64,000 nucleotides of DNA from Candidatus Bathyarchaeota archaeon (GTDB taxonomy: Archaea; Thermoproteota; Bathyarchaeia; Bathyarchaeales; Bathycorpusculaceae), in the NCBI GenBank assembly GCA_963775465.1, contig CAVZIW010000008.1, forward strand, positions 32,001-96,000, written 5' to 3'. Under the pieces are notes generated by a model. It was not told where the DNA came from, made no database searches, and saw only the letters and a program-made list of their open reading frames with translations. A program made the position numbers and the translations under genes. The number at the start of each line of letters is the position of its first letter. Positions within the stretch are counted from its first letter, which is position 1. Below, piece after piece: positions 1-9,155 of the stretch.

Positions 1-292
1 CCGTTACAGATCTTTGTACCGTTTTGAATCTGCAACTCAAATGCTTAGCTGCTTCAACACAATGCATGTTCAGCCCAAAGAGGCAAAGTCTTAGTCGCGC
101 ACCAATTTTTCGCTGTTTTAATCAGCGCGCATCTATGCCTCAATGCATTGCATCTAAAGCTTACTCCCTGACCTGCAAATAGTACTTTGCAATATGCTAA
201 GTATAAATTTTGCGACAATTATGGTGCAAAATAGGACAATTTTGCATCATTTGTGACTAAGCTTTAAGTGGCGAAACAACAGCTAACCGTCT

Positions 293-661
293 TTAGTTTT
301 TTGGAAGTTGAGGTTTTTTTGCTACTTTTTCTTCTTCTGTTGGGTTGCAACTAATCTGTTCTATGACTTCTTTTTGTAAAACGTTGATGACTTCAGGGGT
401 CAAGGCGTCAACTGCGCTGTGGACTCGGGGGTCGACGATTGAATACATTCGCTTGGTTCCGTCTTTTCTGCACCTTATTAATCCGGTGTCTTTGAGGATT
501 TTGAGATGGCGGGAAACAACTGGTTGGATTAGACTTAAGTGGGGAATTATTTCGCAGACGCATTTTTCTCCTTCTCGGAGGTATTCGAGTATTTCCAGGC
601 GGTCGGGTGATGAGAGTGCGTGGAAGATTTGTGCTTTGAAGCGTTGTTGGGATTGGGACAT
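293..661 (-). CDS. arsR: ArsR/SmtB family transcriptional repressor
   Basis: FHALSSPDRLEIL...GEKCVCEI...VSRHLKILKDTGLI winged helix with a CVC metal site; ATG at 661 preferred over the track start at 685; near arsC. Confidence 0.9.
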   Translation of the reverse strand: MSQSQQRFKAQIFHALSSPDRLEILEYLREGEKCVCEIIPHLSLIQPVVSRHLKILKDTGLIRCRKDGTKRMYSIVDPRVHSAVDALTPEVINVLQKEVIEQISCNPTEEEKVAKKPQLPKN

Positions 662-683
662 GGCTTCCAGAGAAGTATATAGC

Positions 684-697
684 AATATTTAAATATT
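684..697. promoter_or_regulatory. Perfect 14-bp palindrome AATATTTAAATATT; candidate ArsR operator/TATA between divergent genes
   Basis: Palindrome read directly, about 25 nt upstream of the arsR ATG. Confidence 0.45.
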
Positions 698-752
698 TAC
701 ATGAATTAGTTTGTATCTAACAATACTGCCCAAAACTAAGTAAGGGATAATA

Positions 753-1076
753 TTGACAGACGGTAACATACACATCCGAAGCTGGCAAAAATTCAAAGAT
801 GTAATCAACCAAAAAAATCCCGCCTCAATAGTTTTTATCCTCGAACAAAACGGATTTTCCAAAAACAAAGAACTCTCCACCCTAAAACTAATAATGCTAC
901 ATGACAAACGTTACTACATCTTCTACGATTTCTCCAAAGGCGACAACCTCAGAGAAACAAACATACCACTCCACAAAGATAAAAACGGAATCTCTAACCT
1001 TGACGAAGAGGAAGTAAAAGACTACCTCAAAGCCCAGTTCCCAAACTTAGAAGTTTACTCGTTTTGGACAACATAA
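753..1076 (+). CDS. Hypothetical protein
   Basis: 107-aa ORF with globular composition, first in a tight co-directional run with the ferredoxin and arsC. Confidence 0.7.
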   Translation: MTDGNIHIRSWQKFKDVINQKNPASIVFILEQNGFSKNKELSTLKLIMLHDKRYYIFYDFSKGDNLRETNIPLHKDKNGISNLDEEEVKDYLKAQFPNLEVYSFWTT

Positions 1077-1094
1077 ACAAAGGTGAAAGAAATC

Positions 1095-1382
1095 ATGTCT
1101 GAAGAAACATATGAAGGAATACCAAGAGAAAAAATACCTTGGGATCCAAAGATAAACTACGAAAAATGTATTTCTTGCGGAAAATGTGTCGATTTCTGCC
1201 ATATGAATGCATTTAAATTCGAAGAGAAAGAAGGCAAAAAAAAATCTGTCGTGAACCCGAACAAATGTGTTGTTTTCTGTAGAGGTTGTGAAGAGATATG
1301 TCCCGAAGGCGCTTTAACGCATCCATCTGAAGAGGAAACCCAAAAGCTTATTGAAAAACTGCAAAATGCTGCCTTGTCTTAG
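1095..1382 (+). CDS. 2x[4Fe-4S] ferredoxin family protein
   Basis: CISCGKCVDFC and CVVFCRGCEEICP motifs; AGGTGA SD before ATG 1095. Confidence 0.9.
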   Translation: MSEETYEGIPREKIPWDPKINYEKCISCGKCVDFCHMNAFKFEEKEGKKKSVVNPNKCVVFCRGCEEICPEGALTHPSEEETQKLIEKLQNAALS

Positions 1383-1394
1383 AAGAGGGCGTCA

Positions 1395-1790
1395 ATGAAG
1401 AAGGTTCTGTTTGTTTGTGTTGAGAACGCTGGTCGAAGCCAGATGGCAGAAGCTTTTGCCAAAAAATACGGTGTAGACAGATTTAGCGTATCTAGTGCGG
1501 GTAACAAACCAGCTGAAAAAGTCAATCCGGTAGTAGTTAAGGTTATGAAAGAAAAAGGTATCGACCTCTCCCAAAACAAGCCGAAGCTGATAAGCGCAAA
1601 AATGGCGATGGATGTGGACTTGATTGTTACCATGGGCTGTAACGATCAGGGAATTTGTCCTGGGCCTTTCTTTAAGCCAGCCATTGATTGGAGACTTGAA
1701 GACCCAAAAGGCAAACCTATTGAGAAAGTGAGAGAGATACGGGATGAAATCGAGCGTTTGGTGCAAGCTTTGGTAGCGAAGGAACTTTGA
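1395..1790 (+). CDS. arsC: Arsenate reductase (LMW-PTPase fold)
   Basis: VLFVCVENAGRSQMAEA P-loop, TMGC...CP, W.LEDP. Confidence 0.9.
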   Translation: MKKVLFVCVENAGRSQMAEAFAKKYGVDRFSVSSAGNKPAEKVNPVVVKVMKEKGIDLSQNKPKLISAKMAMDVDLIVTMGCNDQGICPGPFFKPAIDWRLEDPKGKPIEKVREIRDEIERLVQALVAKEL

Positions 1791-2047
1791 AAGGGTTTGC
1801 CACTAATCTTGACTTCTCACCCTGTCATAAATCAAACGAATTTCTTTCTTAAATGTTGCTTCACTTTTAGTTTTTAGAACTGATTAAACTGTTCAATGGC
1901 ATGTCCATGTTGTAGTCTGGGTTAGTTTCGGGCAAGTTTTTCGTTTTTGCTTATATTTCGATTCAAGTTTTCCATTAAGCTACAAACAAGTTTGGTAACA
2001 TATTTATCAGTAAGCATTAATTTTCATTAAACGCTCGGAATTTGTTT

Positions 2048-2135
2048 GCAGAGGTCGCCGAGCATGGTCAAAGGCGTAGGCTTCAGGAGCCTATCCTGTA
2101 GAGGTTCGTGGGTTCAAATCCCACCCTCTGCACCA
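2048..2135 (+). tRNA. tRNA-Leu(CAG)
   Basis: GCAGAGG/CCTCTGC acceptor stem, TAGGC-TTCAGGA-GCCTA anticodon arm, long variable arm, GGTTCAAATCC T-arm, encoded CCA. Confidence 0.97.
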
Positions 2136-2300
2136 GTATTAAAATTCGAATTCAGAAAAGTTTCTTTTAGAAACAACAAACTCTGGTTTATCCGATAGCG
2201 GGTGAAATCAATTGACTTATGGTGTGATTTCAATTCAGGCGTAAGAGGTTACACTTTTTCTATTGATTCAGTAAATTCCAACTTCTGCATTTTTTCTTTA

Positions 2301-2357
2301 TCTGCTAGAACAACAACACCTAAAAAATTCTTGTTGTTGTTCTTCCAACCTTCTATG
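2301..2357 (-). repeat. 57-bp palindromic dispersed repeat, copy 1
   Basis: Reverse complement nearly identical to 62021-62077; internal AGAACAACAACA...TGTTGTTGTTCT inverted repeat. Confidence 0.85.
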
Positions 2358-2737
2358 TGCGGAGGGAAGGCTTTTGTGCCTGTCGCTGCAAAATTTTTCA
2401 TGGAGCTTTCGCTTTTCTACAAGATAATTTGGGGGTTTCGTTTTGGGGTAGATACTCTTAGATGCCTATATCCAGGATTTTCCGTCTTTGATGAAGCGAT
2501 TTCTTTGTTGACGAGCAAACTAACAACTTCACTGGTTTTCAGTTTCACTGAACGGTACTTCTGGGTAAAGCAATTTTTTCAAATTTCCTTTTTATCGATT
2601 AAGTAAATCTAACTCAATCTCTCCAATCTAAACCAAGTTTGATTTTGAAATTTGCATCTTAGATGAGGTTGACTTTACTTATGGTCGCTAAATGGTACAT
2701 GAGGATAATTGAGAATTGGACGATAAGAAAAGTGATT

Positions 2738-3001
2738 TTATTTTTGTTCACCAAACCATTTAATGAACCATTTTTCCCTTGCTATCGTTCTTTCGTTCAT
2801 AGCTTCACAAGTTGCTTTCCAATCAGGGTTATCATATTCAGTATTAACCCATTTTTCCGTGAAAGGCGGCATTTCTTTTTTAACCTCATCTAAAATTTGT
2901 TTTATTCTAGCATTTGCCAGTTCAGAAGTATTGTAACCTTTGTATGTTAATTGTTCTATTGGAATTAGTTCTTCGTAAAGCCTACCTTTATTCATTTTCA
3001 T
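2738..3001 (-). CDS. Small hypothetical protein
   Basis: 87-aa ORF with protein-like composition in the gene-poor region after tRNA-Leu; no recognisable motif. Confidence 0.55.
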   Translation of the reverse strand: MKMNKGRLYEELIPIEQLTYKGYNTSELANARIKQILDEVKKEMPPFTEKWVNTEYDNPDWKATCEAMNERTIAREKWFIKWFGEQK

Positions 3002-3188
3002 CGTCTCTTTTTCTTATCTGTTTTATAATGGTTTTAAGCGTTACCTCAAAGAACAATGTTTGGCTTAGACTTTTCAAATGCACAATACTATTCCGATCAG
3101 GGTTTGCTGACTTGGAACGAAGATTTTTGAATTGTTCAAAAAGCTTTCTAATAAGGATGGAACTATTTCTAGTTATTGAGGCGATGAA

Positions 3189-3917
3189 ATGTCTGTAGGA
3201 ATAGGTGACGAGTTTCAAATCCAAACCAAACATACTCGAATGAATCTCGGCGGCTATCTCGATTGGTCAAACAGGCCCAGCACCTACAAAAAATACCCAG
3301 CTGTAAGAAAAATTAGATTGAGCAAAGAGTTTCCAAAACAATCCCTTTCAATAGTTGAGATTCTTTCAAAGCGAAAGAGTATACGTTCATTTTCGAATAA
3401 ATCAATTACACTAAATGAGTTTGCTTTTCTTCTTTGGGCTTCTACTGGTATTCAGAGAGTTGAACAAGGTTACGAGTTTCGAACAGCTCCTTCGGCTGGG
3501 GCTCTGTATCCAATTGAAACCTATGTATTGGTAAATAGAGTTGATAGCGTAGCGAAAGGTTTGTATCATTATAACATTGAAGAGCACGCCCTGGAAGTAC
3601 TGAAACTCGGAGATTTTGGTGATGAGTTGTCTGATGCAGCTTTGGGGCAAGAGATGATTGCGATGGCACCTGTTGTTTTTATTTGGTCTGCAGTCTTTGC
3701 GAGATCAAAATGGAAGTATAGACAACGGGCTTTTCGATATGTGTATTTGGACGCTGGAATTATTGGGCAGAACCTTGCGCTGTCGGCGACTGGTATAGGT
3801 TTAGGGTCTTGTCAAATTGGCGCTTTCTTTGATGACGAAGTTAATCAGATTTTAAGTTTGGATGGAATAGCTGAAAGTGCACTATACCTTAGTGTGGTAG
3901 GTTGTCCTTCTACTTGA
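3189..3917 (+). CDS. SagB/ThcOx family nitroreductase-like dehydrogenase
   Basis: RKSIRSF, RTAPSAGALYPIETY, KYRQRAFRYVYLDAG, GLGSCQIGAFFD. Confidence 0.9.
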   Translation: MSVGIGDEFQIQTKHTRMNLGGYLDWSNRPSTYKKYPAVRKIRLSKEFPKQSLSIVEILSKRKSIRSFSNKSITLNEFAFLLWASTGIQRVEQGYEFRTAPSAGALYPIETYVLVNRVDSVAKGLYHYNIEEHALEVLKLGDFGDELSDAALGQEMIAMAPVVFIWSAVFARSKWKYRQRAFRYVYLDAGIIGQNLALSATGIGLGSCQIGAFFDDEVNQILSLDGIAESALYLSVVGCPST

Positions 3918-3977
3918 TTAAGCTTCCCAATTGTTGGAAATTTGTAAATAGCATAATGTTCTAATTGGATACAGGTT

Positions 3978-4469
3978 TTATTGAAGATCTTTAAGATCGG
4001 TTAACGATATGTTTTTTTTGAGATCTAAGAGGCAAGTCTTTGCGTGTTCTTGGGCTTTGAGTTTTCGATAAATCTTCTTTACAATTCCTTTTTCATCAAT
4101 TAGAAACGTTGTTCGTTCGGTACCCATGTAACTTCTTCCATAGAGGTTTTTCTGCTTCCACACACCATACTGCTTAAGAACAGCCGCTTCCGGATCGCTA
4201 AGCAAAGTGAAAGGCAGACTTTGTTTTTCCTTGAATTTTCGATGTGATTCCACGCTGTCCTTGCTTACGCCCAAAATTACAGCATCTTCTTTTTCAAATT
4301 CAGACAGAGCTTCTTTAAATCCAAGAGCTTCCGCAGTGCATCCAGACGTTCCGTCTTTGGGATAGAAATAGAGTACAACTTTCTTGCCTCTATAATTACT
4401 CAGTGAAATCTGAGTTTCGTCGTCTGATTGAAGCGTAAAATCTGGTGCTATATCTCCTTCAATAACCAA
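3978..4469 (-). CDS. bcp: Peroxiredoxin Bcp/PrxQ
   Basis: APDFTL...VVLYFYPKDGTSGCTAEA, ERTTFLID. Confidence 0.92.
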   Translation of the reverse strand: MVIEGDIAPDFTLQSDDETQISLSNYRGKKVVLYFYPKDGTSGCTAEALGFKEALSEFEKEDAVILGVSKDSVESHRKFKEKQSLPFTLLSDPEAAVLKQYGVWKQKNLYGRSYMGTERTTFLIDEKGIVKKIYRKLKAQEHAKTCLLDLKKNISLTDLKDLQ

Positions 4470-4695
4470 CTTATTTACCTCCTGAGCGTAGCTTGGTTTT
4501 CAGGAAAATTATAGGGCTTCATCTTGTAAAAGCTTAACTCTTCAACAATACCGTTTTTAATTATTAACTACAGTTTGAATCTGTTCGAAACCAGTGCAAG
4601 GATTAGGGTGAATTTCTTTCTTTTCTTGGAATAAAAATAAACTTTGAACAAAAAATGATAAATACAATAGAAACAAAGTGTTATTAGCGATTTTT

Positions 4696-5058
4696 ATGAA
4701 AGATGAAAAATTCATTTTGTATGTGCAGACAAGTGACTCTCCGGAACGGCAGTATTCTCCTTTAGTTTTAGCTCAAACTGCCAAAGCTATGGGGCTGAAT
4801 CCTCGAGTTTACTATCTAGGTCAAAGCCTACGGGTTCTTCTTCCAGGTATGGCAGAGAAAATAAAACTAGGCAGTTTTCCTTCAGTTCTTGAAATGATTC
4901 AAAAGACTCTGCAGATGGGTATTGAAATCGATGTGTGTGAGGCTTCTAAGAGAATGTTCGGCTGGGAGAGTGTTGAGTTGATTCCTGGACTTAAAATCGT
5001 AGGAGCTGCAACCCTAAACGACCTAGCACTAAGTGCCAACGCAACCATGTGGTTCTAA
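4696..5058 (+). CDS. DsrE-family protein
   Basis: IDVCEAS and IVGAATL motifs; size; adjacent to tusA/iscS. Confidence 0.75.
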   Translation: MKDEKFILYVQTSDSPERQYSPLVLAQTAKAMGLNPRVYYLGQSLRVLLPGMAEKIKLGSFPSVLEMIQKTLQMGIEIDVCEASKRMFGWESVELIPGLKIVGAATLNDLALSANATMWF

Positions 5059-5083
5059 CCTAAATCCAAAAGGAGCAAATAAT

Positions 5084-5320
5084 ATGAGTACAAAAACCGA
5101 CAAAAAACTCGATTGTATAGGTCTTTATTGTCCTGAACCAGTTTTTAATACAAGACTAGCCCTTGACGAGATGAATGTAGGAGAAACAATTGAAGTCAGT
5201 GCTGACGACCCAGCTGCAGAATCGGATATTCAAAACCTCGTAAAACATCTTGGTCAGGAAATAATTAGCACCACAAAAGAAAAAAACACCGTTAAAATAG
5301 TAATAAAGAAGATAAAATGA
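5084..5320 (+). CDS. tusA: Sulfur carrier TusA/SirA family
   Basis: LDCIGLYCPEPV...ADDPAAESDI; GGAG SD before ATG 5084. Confidence 0.9.
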   Translation: MSTKTDKKLDCIGLYCPEPVFNTRLALDEMNVGETIEVSADDPAAESDIQNLVKHLGQEIISTTKEKNTVKIVIKKIK

Positions 5321-5351
5321 GTATTATGTTTGTTCTTTCAAGTTGAAGTTT

Positions 5352-6545
5352 ATGGTGACAAAAAAAATAATTAATTTGGATTACGCAGCTGGAAAACCAG
5401 TTGACAGTCGAGTATTAGATTCAATGTTGCCCTACATGAACCGCTTATACGGTAATCCTTCTTCGCTACATTCTATGGGGCAAGAAGCAAAGAAGGCTCT
5501 CTATCAGGCCAGAAAACAAGTTTCTGAGCTAATCAATGCTGAAAGACCTGAAAACATAATATTTACTTCTAGCGCAACTGAAAGCAATAATTTGGCTATC
5601 AAAGGAGTAGCCAATAGAAATAAAGAACAGGGTACAAAGATTATCGCTTCCAACGTCGAACATATATCCGTTATCAATCCAATAAAATACTTAACCACAA
5701 AAGGATTCGAATCGATTTATTTGCCCGTGAACAATTACGGAGAAATAGATCTAACAGTTCTCGAAAAAGAACTGGATGACAAAACCATCCTTGTAACCAC
5801 TACATATGCAAACGGAGAAATAGGGACAATTGAACCAATAAAAGAAATCAGCAAACTCATTCATGCCAAAAACGCTGTTTTACATGTTGACGCAACTGCA
5901 GCTGCCGGTCAAGTCCCAATCGACGTGCAAGACCTCGGTGTTGATCTGATGACAATCTCCTCAAATGACATTTATGGTCCAAAAGGTGTAGGAGCACTAT
6001 ATGTTAAAGACGGAGTACGTATAGAACCTTTAATCCACGGTGGAGGACAAGAAAAAGGCATAAGATCAGGAACAGAAAATATGCCTGGAATCATTGGGTT
6101 TGGAATGGCAGCTGAAATAGCAAAACAAGAAATGCAAACTAACCTCCAAAAACTTACAAAACTCAGAGATAGATTCATAGAGGGTCTTTTAGGGCAACTT
6201 CCATATACCTTCTTAAACGGGCACCCAACGAAAAGATTACCCGATAACGTATCAGTCAGATATAGCTTCATAGAAGGAGAGTCAATGTTACTAAGCTTGG
6301 AAATGAATGGTATTCTCGTTTCCTCAGGTTCAGCTTGTGCATCAAAAACTCTTGAGCCTTCACGAACACTTTTGGCAACAGGATTAAAACATGAAGAAGC
6401 ACATGGCTCAATAATGTTTACTCTGGGACGAGAAAGTAAAATGGAAGATATCGAATATGTTATAGGTGTGATGCCTAGCATAATTAATAGGTTAAGAGAT
6501 ATGTCACCTCTAACCCCAAAGGAGCTAAAAAATGTACTCAGATAA
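5352..6545 (+). CDS. iscS: Cysteine desulfurase (group I, IscS/NifS)
   Basis: YGNPSSLH, EHISV, HVDA, GGGQEKGIRSGTEN, SSGSAC; the PLP-lysine motif reads SSND instead of S(S/G)HK. Confidence 0.92.
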   Translation: MVTKKIINLDYAAGKPVDSRVLDSMLPYMNRLYGNPSSLHSMGQEAKKALYQARKQVSELINAERPENIIFTSSATESNNLAIKGVANRNKEQGTKIIASNVEHISVINPIKYLTTKGFESIYLPVNNYGEIDLTVLEKELDDKTILVTTTYANGEIGTIEPIKEISKLIHAKNAVLHVDATAAAGQVPIDVQDLGVDLMTISSNDIYGPKGVGALYVKDGVRIEPLIHGGGQEKGIRSGTENMPGIIGFGMAAEIAKQEMQTNLQKLTKLRDRFIEGLLGQLPYTFLNGHPTKRLPDNVSVRYSFIEGESMLLSLEMNGILVSSGSACASKTLEPSRTLLATGLKHEEAHGSIMFTLGRESKMEDIEYVIGVMPSIINRLRDMSPLTPKELKNVLR

Positions 6546-6921
6546 AGTTATGGAAAACTTCAAGAATCCAAAAAACACCGGGGAAATTCCTGATGCAGAC
6601 GGCGTTGGAACAGTGGGAAACCCTGTTTGTGGCGATATGATGACAATGTACATAAAAGTAAAGGACAACCGAATAGAGGATATTAAATTCAAAACATTTG
6701 GCTGTGGAGCAGCCATAGCTACAAGCAGTATGACGACGGAAATGGCTAAAGGAAAAACTCTTGATGAAGCTTTAAAGATCACGCGAAAGGATGTTGCAAC
6801 AGAACTAAATGGTTTGCCCCCAGTTAAGATGCATTGCTCTAACTTAGCTGCAGATGCTTTGCATGCTGCAATTGAAGATTACTATAAAAAACAAGGCGCA
6901 TCTTCCGAGGTGAAAAAATGA
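6532..6921 (+). CDS. iscU: Fe-S scaffold IscU/NifU-N
   Basis: GNPVCGD, FGCGAAIA, LPPVKMHCSNL. Confidence 0.95.
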   Translation: MYSDKVMENFKNPKNTGEIPDADGVGTVGNPVCGDMMTMYIKVKDNRIEDIKFKTFGCGAAIATSSMTTEMAKGKTLDEALKITRKDVATELNGLPPVKMHCSNLAADALHAAIEDYYKKQGASSEVKK

Positions 6922-7112
6922 AAGAATCACAAGACTCAAAAGAAAACAAATGCCACTGTTGTACCTCTGAAAATACAGCTGATGAATGCATTTTGGCTAC
7001 TGCAAAAACCGTAATTAATGGCAAAGAATACTCCGCATGTTGTTCAAATATTACAAAAACTTCAATAGAAAAAAACAAGAAAAGCGATCAAAAGAGCACT
7101 AACGAAAAATAA
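6918..7112 (+). CDS. Small Cys-rich protein (TRASH/YHS-like)
   Basis: ATGA overlap with the iscU stop; CHCC...INGKEYSACCS. Confidence 0.6.
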   Translation: MKESQDSKENKCHCCTSENTADECILATAKTVINGKEYSACCSNITKTSIEKNKKSDQKSTNEK

Positions 7113-7255
7113 TTACTTTTGATCTGTTATTTGTCGCTTAGGCTGATTTCCCTTTCTTAAGCGTGCCCTTATTTTCTTTAGCAAAGCCATATTTTTAATA
7201 GCTAAATAAACGAACATTAGCTATTAGTGGTTAATAAGCGAGGTTCAGGAAAAAT

Positions 7256-7927
7256 ATGGACCATAACACTAAGTTATTTGTTTCTGCAGTTGTACTTCTT
7301 TTATTTTTCTTAATTGCCGAAACTTATGTAATAGTTATCTTTCAAGCTCAGAACGCAAAAGATAGCGCTATTCGGGTTGCTTGTGTGGGTGACAGTATAA
7401 CTGCTGGTACCGAATACCCCGTTGATCTTTGGCAGTTGTTGGGTCCTAATTATGTTGTGGGAAACTTTGGTATCGGGGGAGCAACAGTTGCCTTAGGTAC
7501 GCACAGCTCTTGGATAAATGAAACTGGCTTTGGAGTTGCCATGCAATTTCAACCAGAAATAGTAGTCATTACTTTGGGAACAAATGATGCTAATTCCAAT
7601 TACAATGAGACAAATGGGCTTTTTAGTGAAGACTATTCTTTACTAATAACCGAATTTCAAGCACTTGTTAGCAAACCTAAAATTTTTCTCGTTTTGCCAC
7701 CTCCAATATTTGAAAATGACGCAAACCTAAGCCAATCTTTGTTTACACAACATGTAATTCCAAGCATTCGACAAGTTGCTATCCAAACTGGTTTGCAGCT
7801 TATTGATGCCTATACACCTTTGATTGATCATCCTGAGTATTTTGCTGATGGTGTACATCCAGACGTCGAGGGTGCCCACAAAATTGCGGAGGTTGTATAC
7901 GCTGCAATGACTTTAGATAACACATAA
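7256..7927 (+). CDS. Membrane-anchored SGNH/GDSL hydrolase, copy 1
   Basis: N-terminal TM helix; VACVGDSIT, LGTND, DGVHP. Confidence 0.9.
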   Translation: MDHNTKLFVSAVVLLLFFLIAETYVIVIFQAQNAKDSAIRVACVGDSITAGTEYPVDLWQLLGPNYVVGNFGIGGATVALGTHSSWINETGFGVAMQFQPEIVVITLGTNDANSNYNETNGLFSEDYSLLITEFQALVSKPKIFLVLPPPIFENDANLSQSLFTQHVIPSIRQVAIQTGLQLIDAYTPLIDHPEYFADGVHPDVEGAHKIAEVVYAAMTLDNT

Positions 7928-8016
7928 TCGTCTTTTTTTTATAATCGTTTTTTCCAAAAAGCCTAAAACCATGATGCTTTAGGTATAATATAAAAAGCAT
8001 ATTTGAAAGTGGGCAT

Positions 8017-9129
8017 TTGACAGAAACGATAAAAAGTTGTCAAGAAAACAGACTATCTATTCCAGTTGATCTAATCCGAACATTAGCTATTGTAGGGGTA
8101 ATCTTTCTTCATGCTACTAACGATTTGACGCCGGACTCTATGAGTCAATTAGAAGTTGTTCGTTGGATCACGGTTGATGTTTATCAAAGCTTTGCTAGAA
8201 TAGGTGTTCCATTATTTGTGATGTTATCTGGCGCTCTTCTGCTTCAACCTTCAAAAAAGGAAAGCCTTCGCGTATTTTTCAAGAAACGCTGGGCTAGGAT
8301 TGGTTTGCCGTTCTTTTTCTGGGGGGCGCTTTATTTTGTGTGGCAATATTTCGCAAACAATCAAGAACTGACGGTAAATTCAGTCATCCAAGGTTATCTG
8401 GTTAGTCCTTATTTCCAGTTTTGGTATATCTACATGCTTGCTGGACTGTACTTGATCACTCCGATCTTGCGAATAGTGATCGCTTACGCAGGTGATAAAC
8501 TCATAAAATATTTTCTTGTCTTATGGTTTTTGGGTGCATCGATTATTCCTGTAATTAGTTACTTTACAGTTTATGATTTAAACAGTCTAGTTTTTACAAT
8601 AACTGGTTGGGTTGGCTACTATGTATTAGGGATATACCTTCTAAAAATTAGAATTCCTCGTATCATGATGGTCTCTTTACTGATTTTGGGGGTAGTTCTA
8701 GCTGCAATTGGGACAATCTATATGTCTTTTAATGTTGGAGGCACTGCATCCTATTACTTCCAAGAATATTTGAGTCCAACAATGATTCTTGCTTCTGTTA
8801 TGGCTTATCTTCTTTTGAATACGATCAAAATGCCTTCATATATAAAAAGATCTGATCTGACAATAACAGTGGCAGATCCGCAACAAAGCAAACCTTCCAA
8901 ATTAGGAAAAATGCTAAAGCTGATAAGCGAAAACACTCTTCCAATATTTCTGTTTCATTTAATGGTGCTTGAAACTCTTCAAAGAGGATACTTGGGCTTT
9001 GCCATTAACGGGTCCACCATTAATTCCATAATTGGGGTTCCTCTAATTACAGTTATTGCTCTGTTTCTTTGCTTGGCCGTTATTGTGCCTTTAAAAAAGG
9101 TGCCGGTCTTAAAGAAATTGATTGGTTAA
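8017..9129 (+). CDS. Acyltransferase-3 family membrane O-acyltransferase (WecH-like), copy 1
   Basis: DLIRTLAIVGVIFLHA, VPLFVMLSG, FWYIY; about 10 hydrophobic segments. Confidence 0.88.
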   Translation: MTETIKSCQENRLSIPVDLIRTLAIVGVIFLHATNDLTPDSMSQLEVVRWITVDVYQSFARIGVPLFVMLSGALLLQPSKKESLRVFFKKRWARIGLPFFFWGALYFVWQYFANNQELTVNSVIQGYLVSPYFQFWYIYMLAGLYLITPILRIVIAYAGDKLIKYFLVLWFLGASIIPVISYFTVYDLNSLVFTITGWVGYYVLGIYLLKIRIPRIMMVSLLILGVVLAAIGTIYMSFNVGGTASYYFQEYLSPTMILASVMAYLLLNTIKMPSYIKRSDLTITVADPQQSKPSKLGKMLKLISENTLPIFLFHLMVLETLQRGYLGFAINGSTINSIIGVPLITVIALFLCLAVIVPLKKVPVLKKLIG

Positions 9130-9155
9130 ACCATTAATGCAAAATTGGGCTCCAA

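Noticed and set aside
2202-2606. 134-aa plus-strand ORF and a 50-aa minus-strand ORF (2249-2401)
   Set aside because: Phe/Ser-rich or low-complexity translations that run through the palindromic repeat; no motifs
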